The notes beneath the pieces were generated by a model. That model had not been told where the DNA came from. It ran no database searches and was given only the letters and a program-made list of their open reading frames with translations. From assembly GCA_000004695.1 (NCBI GenBank), contig CM000151.3:6432001-6496000 (forward strand): 64,000 nucleotides of DNA. The letters are read 5' to 3'. Positions 50,421 through 62,872 of the stretch are shown here, in pieces. Origin of the DNA: Dictyostelium discoideum. Its lineage: Eukaryota. The position numbers and the translations under genes were made by a program. Each line of letters begins with the position of its first letter. The first letter of the stretch is position 1.

Positions 50421-50684
50421 TATGGGTTAAATAGAACCACCAGGATTGGAATTGAAATTCTGCTTGAATTGTAAATAAAAATGTAATTGAAGTATAATTT
50501 AAGCTTTCAATTGAAAAAATCTCTCTTTTTAGCCTGGCCAGTACTTTATTTGAGAGTTAAAATAAAAGTGTTAAATTCCAATCCTGGGGTTTTCAAGTAA
50601 AAAAATAAAAATATTAAAATATTAAGATTAAAAATCCAATTAAATATTTTCATCTTTTTTATTTTTACCTTTTTTATTATTTTA

Positions 50685-50725
<41 letters not shown>

Positions 50726-50756
50726 GGATTGAGGTTTTAAAATTATAGTTGGTTAA

Positions 50757-51330
50757 TCTTGAGTTCTATCTATACAAAGCTTAACTAAAGATATAAAAGC
50801 ATCTTCAATGTTAATTGCCTGTTTACACTTATTTCTTTGAATGTAATATCCAAAGAATCGGCAAATTCTTGGGCCAAAAAAGGGTCAACCACTTTTCGTG
50901 AGACTAAATCATTTTTATTTCCAATTACCATTTTAATGACATTTTCATTTGCATATCTTTCGATATCTTGTATCCATGACGGAACATTTTCAAATGATCT
51001 TTGATCTGTAACATCATAAACTATAATAACTCCATGGCAACCTCTATAATGTGAATTATGAACTCAAAATCGATTTTGTCCAGCCGTATCCAAAATGTGA
51101 AGTTTTATTGGTTTACCTTCGATATAAACTGTCTTTATATTAAATTCAATACCGATTGTTGTTAAATGTGTTTCAGTAAATGTATCATCTGCAATTCTTA
51201 ATAAAATATTTGTTTTACCTTTTTTTATTTTTTTATTTTAAAAAATAATTAATAATTAATAATAATTTATATATTATTTATTATTTATTACAGTAAATAT
51301 TTACCAACTCCACTATCACCTGCAAGTGCA
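50757..51330 (-). pseudogene. Rab-family small GTPase gene with an in-frame TGA (Rab pseudogene, or a sequence error). The 5' exon is unresolved.
   Basis: Minus-strand translation: '..GDSGVGK' then an intron (GTAAAT...ag), then '[102 protein letters not shown]...'. G1, switch, DTAGQ, and NKxD boxes are all present. The stop replaces the residue after ERF. Confidence 0.6.
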
Positions 51331-51394
51331 AATTTAAATATACAAAAAAAAAAAATCTATATTAATTTTTTTTTTTTTTGTCGAAAGAAAAAAA

Positions 51395-51660
51395 AAAATG
51401 AAAAAATTCATTGAATAATAAGTTGGCATACAAATAAAGAAATTCTTACTCATATTCTTTACTCATTTTAATTGTATATTTTATAAAAATTATATAACAT
51501 TTTTTTTTTTCATAGACATATCAAAAAGAAAATAAAAAATAAAAAAATAAAAAAAAAAATTCATTGAATAATAAGTTGGCAGATATATACAAAAGAAAAT
51601 GAAAAATAAAAAAAAAAAAAAAAAATTTATTGAATAATAAGTTGGCAGATATATACAAAA
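51395..51660. repeat. Three direct copies of a 30-bp motif 'ttcattgaataataagttggca(t/g)a' upstream of the Rab pseudogene.
   Basis: Copies at 51398, 51558, and 51628. Confidence 0.6.
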
Positions 51661-51784
51661 ATTTCAGCGTTAAGGTGGTGAAAAGTAATTTTATTCCAAC
51701 TGGTCAGCTCCTCACCCTTATTGAATAAACATGAAATTCAAAAAGTATAAAAAACATTGATTTATGTGATTATCAGAATTGAAT

Positions 51785-51822
<38 letters not shown>

Positions 51823-51968
51823 TTAACACATTTATAAAATTAAAATAATTTATTGTAGGGTAATTTTTTTTTTTTTTTTAAAATTAAATTTAATAAAGGG
51901 AAAAAAATAAAAACTAATTAGATTTTTTTTTTTTCCATTAATATTTTTTAAATAAATGGAATTGTTAA

Positions 51969-52009
<41 letters not shown>

Positions 52010-52403
52010 TTTTATGTTTATTAGTTTTTAAAGATTATAAAAAATTTTTTTTAAGGGAAGTTTATTATAAAAAATAAAGTGGGAAAATTTCTTTATATTG
52101 GCATATTGTGTATAGATTATATTCATAACACAAATATTAAATCTGTATTTGAAGATTGTTACAATAATAATTCAATAGTTTCCATCTCATTTTTTAGAAA
52201 TAATAAAAAATAAAATAAAATATACAAATAATAAAAAAAAAAAAAAATTAAAAAAACCAAAAAAATAAAAAAATATTTAAACTAAAAAAAAAAATTAAAA
52301 ATTAAAAAAAGCTTATCCAATATAAAAAATTTAAATATTATTATATTTTTTTTTTATTTTTTTTATAAACAATTTAAAAAAAAAAAAAAAAAAAAAAAAA
52401 CAA

Positions 52404-52868
52404 ATGTCAAACTTTCAAAATCAAGAAATTAATATTGGTTCGGTTGTACTTGGTGATAGATCATTAAGTAATGGTCAATATGGTGATAAAAAGAGTATTC
52501 GTCATGTTGATTTTGATGTACCATTTTCAGGTATTCCAAAAGTTTCTTTAGGAATTAATTTCTTGGATGCATCATCTTCAGAACAAATTCGTATTCGTTG
52601 TATTGCTCAAAATATAACATCAAAAGGTATGGACATTTCATTCACAACATGGAATGATAATACTGTCTATGATGTAGCAGTTGATTATGTTGCTATTTAT
52701 AATCCAAAATTTGGAAATTCAAATAATAAAAATAATAATGATAATAATATTAGTAATACAAATACAAACCAACAAAGAAATCAATATAATGATAATGAAA
52801 ATAATAATTATCAACAACAAAGCCAACAAAGTTATTATGAAAATACAAATAATAATAACAATAATAAA

Positions 52869-52926
<58 letters not shown>

Positions 52927-53465
52927 GTGAAGATAAACAACAACAACATCAACAACAAGGAAGATATCAAGAAAATAACAATTATAATAGAAATGATAAT
53001 GATAATGATTATCAATCTCAATCTCAATCTCAATCTCAATCTCAATCTCAATCTCAATCTCAATCACAATTACAATCAAATAATTTTAATGGTAAAAATG
53101 TAAATATTAGATCAAATAAATTTAATAATTATATTAGAGATAATAATGGTAAAGGTGATATGTCACAAACTGCAAGAAATAATGAAACATGGATAATAAC
53201 ATCTGCCAATAATAATGGAGATTTATTTTTTATTCATAATAGATATAATCATTATCTTTCAAGTAATGGTGATAGAGTATTGGTTGGTGAAAAGAATGAT
53301 TCTTCAATTTGGAAGATTTCACAACGTAGACAAGGTGTTTACTCAATTCAAAACTATAAAAATTCAAATTATCTAAGTTCAACTGATAGAAATGAATTAA
53401 AAACAAATGTTAAAGTTGTAAATTCTTGGGAAGAATTTAATTTTAATTTTGTTCAAGATTCTTGA
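52404..53465 (+). CDS. H-type lectin domain protein with a central Asn/Gln-rich low-complexity region, a (QS)n repeat, and a C-terminal beta-trefoil-like region (353 aa, single exon).
   Basis: Real ATG at 52404. The N-terminal 'HVDFDVPFSGIPKVSLGINFLDASSSEQIRIRCIAQNITSKGMDISFTTWNDNTVYDVAVDYVAI' fits the H-type (discoidin-II C-terminal / Helix-agglutinin) lectin pattern. The (CAATCT)9 hexanucleotide repeat at 53018-53071 encodes QSQSQS. Confidence 0.55.
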
Positions 53466-53489
53466 ATGAAGAAATAATTTGAATTTAAT

Positions 53490-53525
<36 letters not shown>

Positions 53526-54061
53526 CATTCAATATTAAAATATCAACAATAACAACAACACATCCATTCATTTTCAACAATTAAAGTATCTCTTTTGTTT
53601 TAAAAAATAAATAAATAAATAAATAAAAAAAATCTAAAAAAGTTGGTTTATTATTTCTTTTCTGTTGAATTTTCTGATTTATATTTTAAGAATTTTTTTT
53701 TTTTTTTTTTGGACTTTCCAAAATATTTTAAAAAAAATTAAATATTTAAATTCCAAAATTAAATCATAAATGATTTTATTATTAAGGTTAATTTAAATAG
53801 AGTTTAAAACTTTTTTTTCAAACCATACTTACCTGTCATTATCAATATGTGATCATAAAGGAATATTTGATTTCAAACATTTCAGACCATTGCACTTTTA
53901 GGTTTGTTTTTTTTATGATCTTCCAAAAATAGGATACAAGTGACAATTTATGATAGTCGTGGATGTTGCGCTTGCGCACTCCCACAACACACCCTATTTA
54001 ATTTTAAAGAAAAATAATAATAATAATAATAATAATAATAATTATAATTATATCACTAATA

Positions 54062-54250
54062 ATTAAAATAATAATAATTTTAGAATCAAGTAATGAGACT
54101 AGTTAAAACCAATACTATAGTATATATATCATAATGGTAATGGATATTGGCACCCAGGTTTACTAAAATTAGAACCAGGTGGCTTTGTATTGAATGGAAA
54201 TATTTCAAATATTAAACATTTATCATTAGAACAAATTTATAGGTTCATTT
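54062..54250 (+). pseudogene. Decayed fragment of the HAP2-like gene 3' end (cytoplasmic tail through the stop and about 60 bp of 3' flank). It is inverted relative to the intact gene at 13628..14180.
   Basis: 'aataattttagaatcaagtaatgagactagttaaaacc...ggtaatggatattggcacccaggtttactaaaattagaaccaggtggctttgtattgaatggaaat...ttatcattagaacaaatttataggttcatttcaaactaa' is about 88% identical to the reverse complement of 13628-13830. It carries a frameshifting insertion, a 6-bp deletion, and a 30-bp terminal deletion. Homology may extend to about 53935 ('ggatgttgcgcttgcgc' ~ 'tgttgtggttgcttttg'). Confidence 0.6.
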
Positions 54251-54317
54251 CAAACTAAATAAATTAAAATTAAAAATTTTTTTGTTAACTTTTTGTTTTA
54301 TTATTTTGATATATTGA

Positions 54318-54420
54318 AAATTTGTTAATCATTTTGTATTATTTTTATTTTCAAATAATTAATAAAATTTGAGAAATTATTATATTATGATAATATTGAA
54401 GATGAAAAAACAATTCCCAA
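54318..54420. repeat. Second copy of the roughly 100-bp shared element (see 13380..13475), in direct orientation.
   Basis: tttgttaatcattttgtattatttttattttcaaat...gagaaattatta...gataatattgaagatgaaaaaacaattcccaa. Confidence 0.6.
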
Positions 54421-54482
54421 ATATTTATACGGTGGAATAAATTTAAAAATTAGATTATAAATAATAAATATTTATTATTTGA

Positions 54483-54513
<31 letters not shown>

Positions 54514-54634
54514 ATATTTGGTTTTAAACCATTTTTTATTTTTAGTTTTGAAATAATTTTTTCTTTATCGAATATTTAATATAAATATTTTTTTTTTTTT
54601 TTTGTTTCTTTTTTTAATAGGATGGCTATTATTT

Positions 54635-56217
54635 TTAACAATAGGTACGACAACCAACATAATCTTCAGTGTAAGCTGGAATGACATGACAATCTTGACC
54701 TGGCTGTTAAATTTAGATAAAAAAGGTTAATAAAGATTTAAAATTTTTAAAATTTCTTTTTGATGATGAAACTAAATAATTAAAATACATACTTGAGGAC
54801 ATTCAGCAACATTTCCATTTCCAATATACATTACAACGTGACCTGGGCCTGGAGCTTCACCTGGGAAGGTATAAAAGAAGAGAGCTTTAAAAGTTGGATT
54901 AAAAAGTAATTTATTTATTAATTAGATTTCATTTTTGAATTTTATCCTTTTTTTTTTTAAAAAATATAAAAAAAAAAAAAAAAAAAAAAATACTTACCAC
55001 CAATTTGACAGGCACCAGTGTTGGCTGGACCGCAATCACCTTGTGAATCTAAATTTTCAACAACAGTGCTACCACTTCCAGATGATGAACCGCTACCACT
55101 TCCAGATGATGAACCGCTACCACTTGAGCTACCACTTGAGCTACCACTACCACTTGAGCTACCGCTACCACTTGAGCTACCGCTACCACTTGAGCTACCA
55201 CTTGAGCTACCACTTGAGCCACCACTGGAGCTACCTGAGCTACCTGATGATGAACCACTTCCGGAAGCTAAAATAAAAAAGGAGTTAATTAAAATTATTT
55301 CAAATGAAAAAGAAAAAAAAAAAAAATTTTGTTCTAATATTTACATGAACCACTGCTACTTCCACTTGAACTACCTGATGATGAACCAGCTATTTATTTT
55401 ATTTAAAATTTAAATTAGTTAGTTTTAAAATCCATATAAAATATTAAAAGATAAAAGAAATACGTTACATGAACTACCTGATGATGATCCAGCTTTTTTT
55501 TTGGAAAAAAAAAAAAAAAAAAAAAAAATTAATTTGAATGTTAAATTTATAAGAAAACGAAAAAAAAAAAAAAAAAAAAGAAATACATACATGAACTACC
55601 AGATGATGAACCACTACCAGATGAAGTACCTGAACTGTTTGGTCCACTACCACATGGTTGACCTAAAATAATAATTTAAATAAATGTAAATAATCCAGAA
55701 ATAAAAAAAAAAAAAATTTCGAAAACTAAAATATTATTTTATAATTACCTTGAGTGAATTGTTGAGAAGCAGTTCTTAAAATACCACTCCAACCAGCTTG
55801 AATATATGATGTTGAGGTAAGACCGGAACAATCCTTAAAAAAAAAAAAAAAAAAAAAGTTAATACCAAGTAAAATTATATTACTGCAAATCAGTTTTTTT
55901 TTTTTTTATGTAAAATACATACCATACCACCAGATCCACCACAACCACATTGTGTACCCTAAATAATAGAAAAATCCATTAGTTTATAAAATTAAATATT
56001 AAATAATTGAATTAAATGATACAAACACCCCAAACATATGGACCTAAATTATTTTTAAAAAAAAAAAAAAAAAATTAAACAATATTAGTTACTTGTTTTG
56101 GAAAAAAAAAAAAAAAAAAAAAAAACTTTAATTAAAATTGGCAATTATCAACCTACAACCACATGATGCATAATTTGAAGCAATGGAACTGTTTTTAAGA
56201 AAAATGGTTAATGTTAA

Positions 56218-56256
<39 letters not shown>

Positions 56257-56479
56257 ATTTTGATAATTACGCTGCTTGAGTGCAAATTTGTGAAGATACT
56301 TAAAGAAAAAAATAAAAAATGATTAATAAATTAATTTTTTTTTTTATTTGAAAAATTACATTTAACTTGTACATACATGGAGTCCAAGAAGTTACATTAT
56401 AGGCTGATTCAAAACCTAATGAGTTGACCAAAGCTGCATTAACAGCTGCAAATGAAAGAATTAATTTTAAAAATCTCAT
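54635..56479 (-). CDS. Secreted NlpC/P60-family cysteine peptidase/amidase with a Ser/Gly-rich linker. At least 10 short exons, with several micro-exons of 29-90 nt.
   Basis: ATG at 56479, signal peptide MRFLKLILSFAAVNAALVN. Exons joined by GTATGT/GTAATT/GTAAGT donors, at approximately 56479-56389, 56298-56270, 56190-56155, 55990-55955, 55840-55756, 55668-55597, then 55480-55340 Ser/Gly exons, 55276-54991, 54890-54786, 54704-54635. Catalytic motifs 'DCSGLTSTSYIQAGW' (Cys), 'GPGHVVMYIGNGNVAECP' (His), and a downstream His. The linker is encoded by an 18-bp (agctaccacttgagct) tandem repeat at 55040-55270. Confidence 0.65.
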
Positions 56480-56539
56480 TTTAAAAATATATAAATAGAA
56501 ATTATTTGTACAATACACAAAAAATGAAAAAAAATACTG

Positions 56540-56572
<33 letters not shown>

Positions 56573-56821
56573 TAAAAATCAAAAAAAAATAAAAATAAAA
56601 TAATAAAAATAAAAAAAAACTTAAAAAATATCAGATAAACCAGGGAAAACGGGTTCCCGACTAAAAAAAAAAACTATTTTATTTTTTTTTTTTAATTTTA
56701 TTTTTTTATTTTATTTTATTTTTTTTATTTTTGATGGGAAAATAGATATTTTTTAAAATATTATTTGGGATTTTATAATATTTCTTTATACTTTTCAAAC
56801 AAGAAGAGACATTCAAAGATT

Positions 56822-56854
<33 letters not shown>

Positions 56855-57445
56855 TATTGTAAATTAAAAATAAAGTAAAACAAAAATAAAATAAAAATAA
56901 AACAAAAATAAAATAAAAATAAAATAAAAATAAAATGAAATAAAATAAAAATTAATTTTACCTTTACTTTTTTTATTGTAATAATTATTATTTTTTAAAT
57001 TTATAATTGATTATTCTTTCTTTGATTTATCAATCCCTTTAAAAATTGAATGTAAATATTTTTAAGACAATCTAAATTTAAATGAAGATTTGGTTTTGAT
57101 TTGAGAGCAGGTTCATTAAATTTATCATAATAGATACATAATGATGAATCTCTATCACCATCATCAAAACCAATTGATACCTCTGGTGAACAAACTCCTA
57201 AAAATAAACCTTGATATGAACAAAATGTAACATGATCTTTAAATTCATCTTCACAACAATCTCCATTGAAACAAACAATTGTGCTACAGAATAAACAAAC
57301 ACCTTTTGGTAATAAATCACATTTTCTTTTACAAGATTTTGTAATGTTACTAATTAAAAATTCCTAAAATAAAATAAAATAAAAAAATAAATAAAAAAAA
57401 ATATTAGTAAATTTGTATGTGTTTATTATTTTAATTATTATTTTA

Positions 57446-57495
<50 letters not shown>

Positions 57496-57496
<1 letters not shown>

Positions 57497-60400
57497 TATT
57501 TTAATTTAAAACTTACAATATGATCATTTGGTAAATCAATGAATCTTGGTAAATAAGATGGTAAAGTATGCAATGATATTAAATTTTGGGTTGAAGGTGG
57601 ATTGATAGTACCTCTTTTTGAAAATTCATCACTATTGACTAAATCAACGATTGAAGGTAAACCTAATTTCTTAATCAACTCTTTTACATTTGAGAATGAT
57701 TCAATTGATAAACCACTAAATGTATTGATAGTATCTTGATTTGAAGGATTTGTAGATTTATGATTAACTAATAAATAACAATAATGATGGAATAAATAAG
57801 CTTTTCTAATGAATGGAGTTAGAATTGTTTCAATGGTTTCAATTTCACCTTCATTTGATAAAGAGTAATTTTCATGAACTGGATTTGAAATTCTTGAGCT
57901 AATAATATCACTTGCTAAATGAATGTATGATTTATAAATATATGGATATGGATTGACATCACGATTTAAGAAATGACTCATTGCACAAATTATAAATGGG
58001 TCAATATTGTGAAATCTCTTTTGTTGATCTAAAGAATAGAAATCGAAATATTTATAATTAAATTGAATATCTGTTAATTTCATAACATTATTATATAACA
58101 ATGTTAAAGTTTCTAATTGACGTTGAAATTCAGATTTTGAATAAATATAATAACCATTATTATTATTATTATTATTATTACCAATACCATTTAGACCATC
58201 TAAATTATTAATACCACTATTTGTATAATTATAATTCTTTCTTGAAGTAATTTCTAAAATTTCAATATTTGATAAAATAAATTTCAAGAAATAAATAGCA
58301 TTTGATGGATTTAATTGCTTTGGTGGATATTGATAACTCCAATCAGAGTTTACAAATGAAAAGAATAAATTTGAAACCAATGCTGTATTTTCAGGGTGAG
58401 CAACAAGATCAGAGTGATTAATAGGTTTAACTATTAATGCAATATTAGAGGCACGATTACATAATGGACATTTAAAGTGATCATTTACATAGTATGGTGC
58501 ATAAACTGATAAACAACTTCTATGTATATAATGACCACAAGTTTGAACACGAGTTTTATTTGAAAATTGCATCAACTCTATATTTAAATCTATATCTAAA
58601 TCATCTATATCATATTTATTATATTCTTCATAGGTTTCAATATTCATTGGTAAATCAACATGTTTTTTATTCTCTTCAATTACTTCTTCTCCATTGTGTT
58701 GTTGTTGCTGTTGCTGTTGTTGTTGTTGTTGTTGTTGCTCTGGTTTTGAACTTCTTAAAAATGCTTGATAATTTGTAAACTTTTTAATTGAGGAATGTTC
58801 AATTAAACCAATTGAACAAATTGGATCAGTTATATTATTTGAATTATTTTTACAAACTACACAAACTAAATCTTTTTCTTCACCACTATGAATATGTTCA
58901 TTTGTAGTTGTTGATGAACCATTAAAATCTTCATCATCATCATCATTTAAAAGTTCATTAGATTGTAAGAATTGTAATTGTTGCATTCTCATTTTTCTTT
59001 TAATTTCTTCTTGTCTTTCTTGAGCGATTTTCTTTCTAATATTTGCATCAATTTCACTTTGTTGTGATAATAATGATGCCATATCTAATTTCTTTTCCTT
59101 TAATAACTTTTCAATATTATTATCATATTCATATAACATTGTAAATAATTTGTTAATTAAATTCTTTTTATCTGAAAATACATTATTCTTTTCAATATTT
59201 AATGATAATTCTATTATTAAATTTAATAAATTTGTTTCAGCAATATTTTGATTATTATTATGATTATTATTTTGATTATTATTATTATTTTCTTTAATAT
59301 TAAAATCTAATTTCTCTTCATTTTCTTCAATATTTTTAATAATTTCAATTGGTTTAAATAAAAGTAACATTGGATTATCACCATCAGCAGATTTGATATT
59401 ATCATTGAATAAAGATTTTTCAATTTTTTCATTTGCAATTGACATATTAATTAATTTTGAAAATTGTTGTTTTAATTGTTGATCAGTCAAAGAGATTGAA
59501 GATTCTAAAAATGTTCTAACTGATAAAACTATAATGTATAAGGTATGATTGAGTAATGGATCATAATATTGATTAAAATCATTTGAATCAACTTTAATTT
59601 TACCGGCAGATAACATTAAACTAAGGAAATTTGAAATATAAAAATCCATATCTCTTTCATCATTATTTTGAACATTATTATTTGAATTTGAAATTAAATT
59701 ATAATTTGGATATAAAAATTTTAATAAAATTGAATTTAAAATTGTAAATAAAATTGGTTCATTTAATAATTTTTCAACATTTTTTAAATTTTCAGGTAAA
59801 GGATCAGTTTTTGAAGGTAATGGATAAGATTCTGGTATTGGGTGATTATTTTGTTTTAAGTAATCATAATAGTTTGCCAATGATTTATAGGTGAAAGAAT
59901 TTGGATCGAAATAATGATATGGATAATAAACATCGAAACGATCCCAATACTCTGGTTTCAAAATTAACTTTCCATCTGGTTTTGGTTGATGACTAACTTG
60001 TTTAATTATATCTTCAACATTGAATAATGTAAATTCTTTACGTTGATCTAAAAGTTTTGAAAAGTTATTGGTATTAAAAGTTAAGGCTTGAATTATATGA
60101 TATCTTGCTTCTTGAATACCATATTTTGCTTGTTTTCTATGTTGAATGATAACAATGATATACTTTAGGAATTGGGATAACATTGTTGGATTATCAGTAT
60201 CCATATTATAGTTACCTGAAAAGTTATTCAATGCTAACAATATGAAATGTCTAGTACCCAATAGCATTGAACAATATTGTACCAATGTTAAATCGATTGA
60301 AAACAAAGACCAAATATAATACGAGGTGAAATCACTAATATTTAAATTTCTTTCCCATAGACGACATTGATGTTGACCCACTAGAATAGCGGGTAACATT

Positions 60401-61693
60401 GATTTGGTTGCCAAAAATAAAACAGTCTCCAATGGTATCTTTGATTTTATTGTATCAAATGAATACTGAGGTGAGTCATAAACTGAATTCAATAAATAAA
60501 TTCCAATTAATCTATTGGTTGGTAAATGTAATGGTACAGCGACTTCACCACTTAATATATTTGCCTTTGGTAATAAAGTACCACTAAACATTCTATGAAG
60601 AGCAGTGTCTGGGTTTTGATGTCTATCAATTGACAATTGTAAATGGCTCAAAAGGATGTCTAAATACTTTAAACTTGAAAAACCTTGTTTATGTAAACTA
60701 TGAAAGAATGTATCAAATGCCATAAATGATTGACATTCAATTGAAACCACATTTGAAATCACTGGTAGCTCGTATTCAATTGCTTTTTGAGTCTCTCTTT
60801 TGATTGGACATAACAATTGAATTTCATCAGTGATTGCCAATAGAGAATTTACAACGGTATCAGAGTTGTTATCAATATATTCACAATTTTTGTCGTGTCT
60901 AAAAATATTGGAGATATAATTATAATCTTGATTACAATAAAACTCTTGATCATAGTTCTTTCTCTGTGTGGCATTGTATAGATCATATTTATTCTTTGTT
61001 TGAACCAATGAAAGTTTAGTTTTAATTAAAATTGATAAAAGGTTTTGTTTTGAATAACCAGTTGAAAATGGTACAGCGATTGAGGGTAATTCAAACATTT
61101 GACATGAAATGGCCGATACCAATGATCTAACTTGAGAATTTGAAGACAATGCCAACTTTGGATAATTGGTTAAAAACTCCTCACAAAAGATAAACTTAAA
61201 GTATCTATTACCAATTATTGTTATAATCAATGGTCTAAATATCATCAACACTCTTGGTTCGCCATGGATCAATGAAATGATTGATCCCACTGCATTGTTT
61301 TCCCTCTTTAATTGATCCACATTCTCATAAGAGAGTACTTCAGAGTATGGTAATTTCACTGGTGAATATAAATCAAAACTATTTGGATCCAATATACGTT
61401 GACTAAACTCCTCAGAGATTATATACAATAGTGGATATGATTTTCTTGCTAATCTATCAATAAACTTGAATAAATTAAATGATTGACTGAGTACTAATTT
61501 CTTTGTAAACTTTTTAATATTTTTCTTAAATATTGGTGTATCCATATTCAATTTTGTATTTGATGAAATTGGTTTAGTAATATCATTAAATATATGAAAA
61601 TTTTTACTAAATACTTCATTAAATAATTCAGTTTCATCACCACAATCTGATTCATCAGCTTCTTCGTTTTGTATCATTTCTTCATCTGAATTA

Positions 61694-61791
<98 letters not shown>

Positions 61792-62160
61792 TGGATTATT
61801 ATTATTATTTTGTTGTTGTTGTTGTATATTATTGTGGAAATCACGCATTATCTGGTTAAAACCATTATTATTAATTAAACCTCTAAGTGCATTAAATCGA
61901 TCGATATGTTCATCTGAATCAGAATCGGAATCAGAATCGGAATCAGAATCAGAATCATACATTAAATTTCTTAAATCTACATTATTGCCAGCATCTTCAT
62001 CCATTTCTTCGAGTGAACTATCTTGAATCATTTCACTATCACTATTTTCTTTATTGGTATTACTATAATCACTACTATAGTTAACGTCTTCTTCCTCTTC
62101 TTCTTCATTATAATGATTATTTCTGTTTTGGTTGTCGAAAAAGTTGATGTATCTGCCAAT

Positions 62161-62253
<93 letters not shown>

Positions 62254-62256
62254 ATT

Positions 62257-62322
<66 letters not shown>

Positions 62323-62505
62323 AAATCTAGGTCCTAATCCATTATTTATAATTGCTTCATTGTTAATATTGTTAATAAAACGATGGAAATACTGAATAAT
62401 ATTATTGTCTACCAAAAGGTTTCCAAATCCTAAGTTGCCTTCTTCTGGCTGTTGTTGCTGTTGCTCTTGTGGTTGTTCTTGAGGTGGTTGTTGCTGTTGT
62501 GGTAG

Positions 62506-62546
<41 letters not shown>

Positions 62547-62776
62547 GCTCTTGTGGTGGTTGTAGTTGTGGTTGCTCTTGTGGTAGTTGTTGTAGTGGAT
62601 GCTGCATTTGTTGTTGGCCTTGTAAAACGTTTCCAACTAAATTATTATTACCCATATCTAATACCCTATCAATAAAATTAATTTGACGAAGTTCAGCTAT
62701 TTCTTGTAGATCTATTCCTGGGAATACAAACTGTTGTTGTTGTTGCTGAAGTATCTGTGGTATCTGTTCTTGCTGC

Positions 62777-62872
<96 letters not shown>

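Noticed and set aside
53840-53935. Apparent similarity of 'cctgtcattatcaatatgtgatcat' to the HAP2-like exon-3 boundary region (14120-14145).
   Set aside because: The orientation is inconsistent with the adjacent genuine HAP2 3'-fragment (54062-54250), and the match is short and AT-rich, so it is likely spurious.
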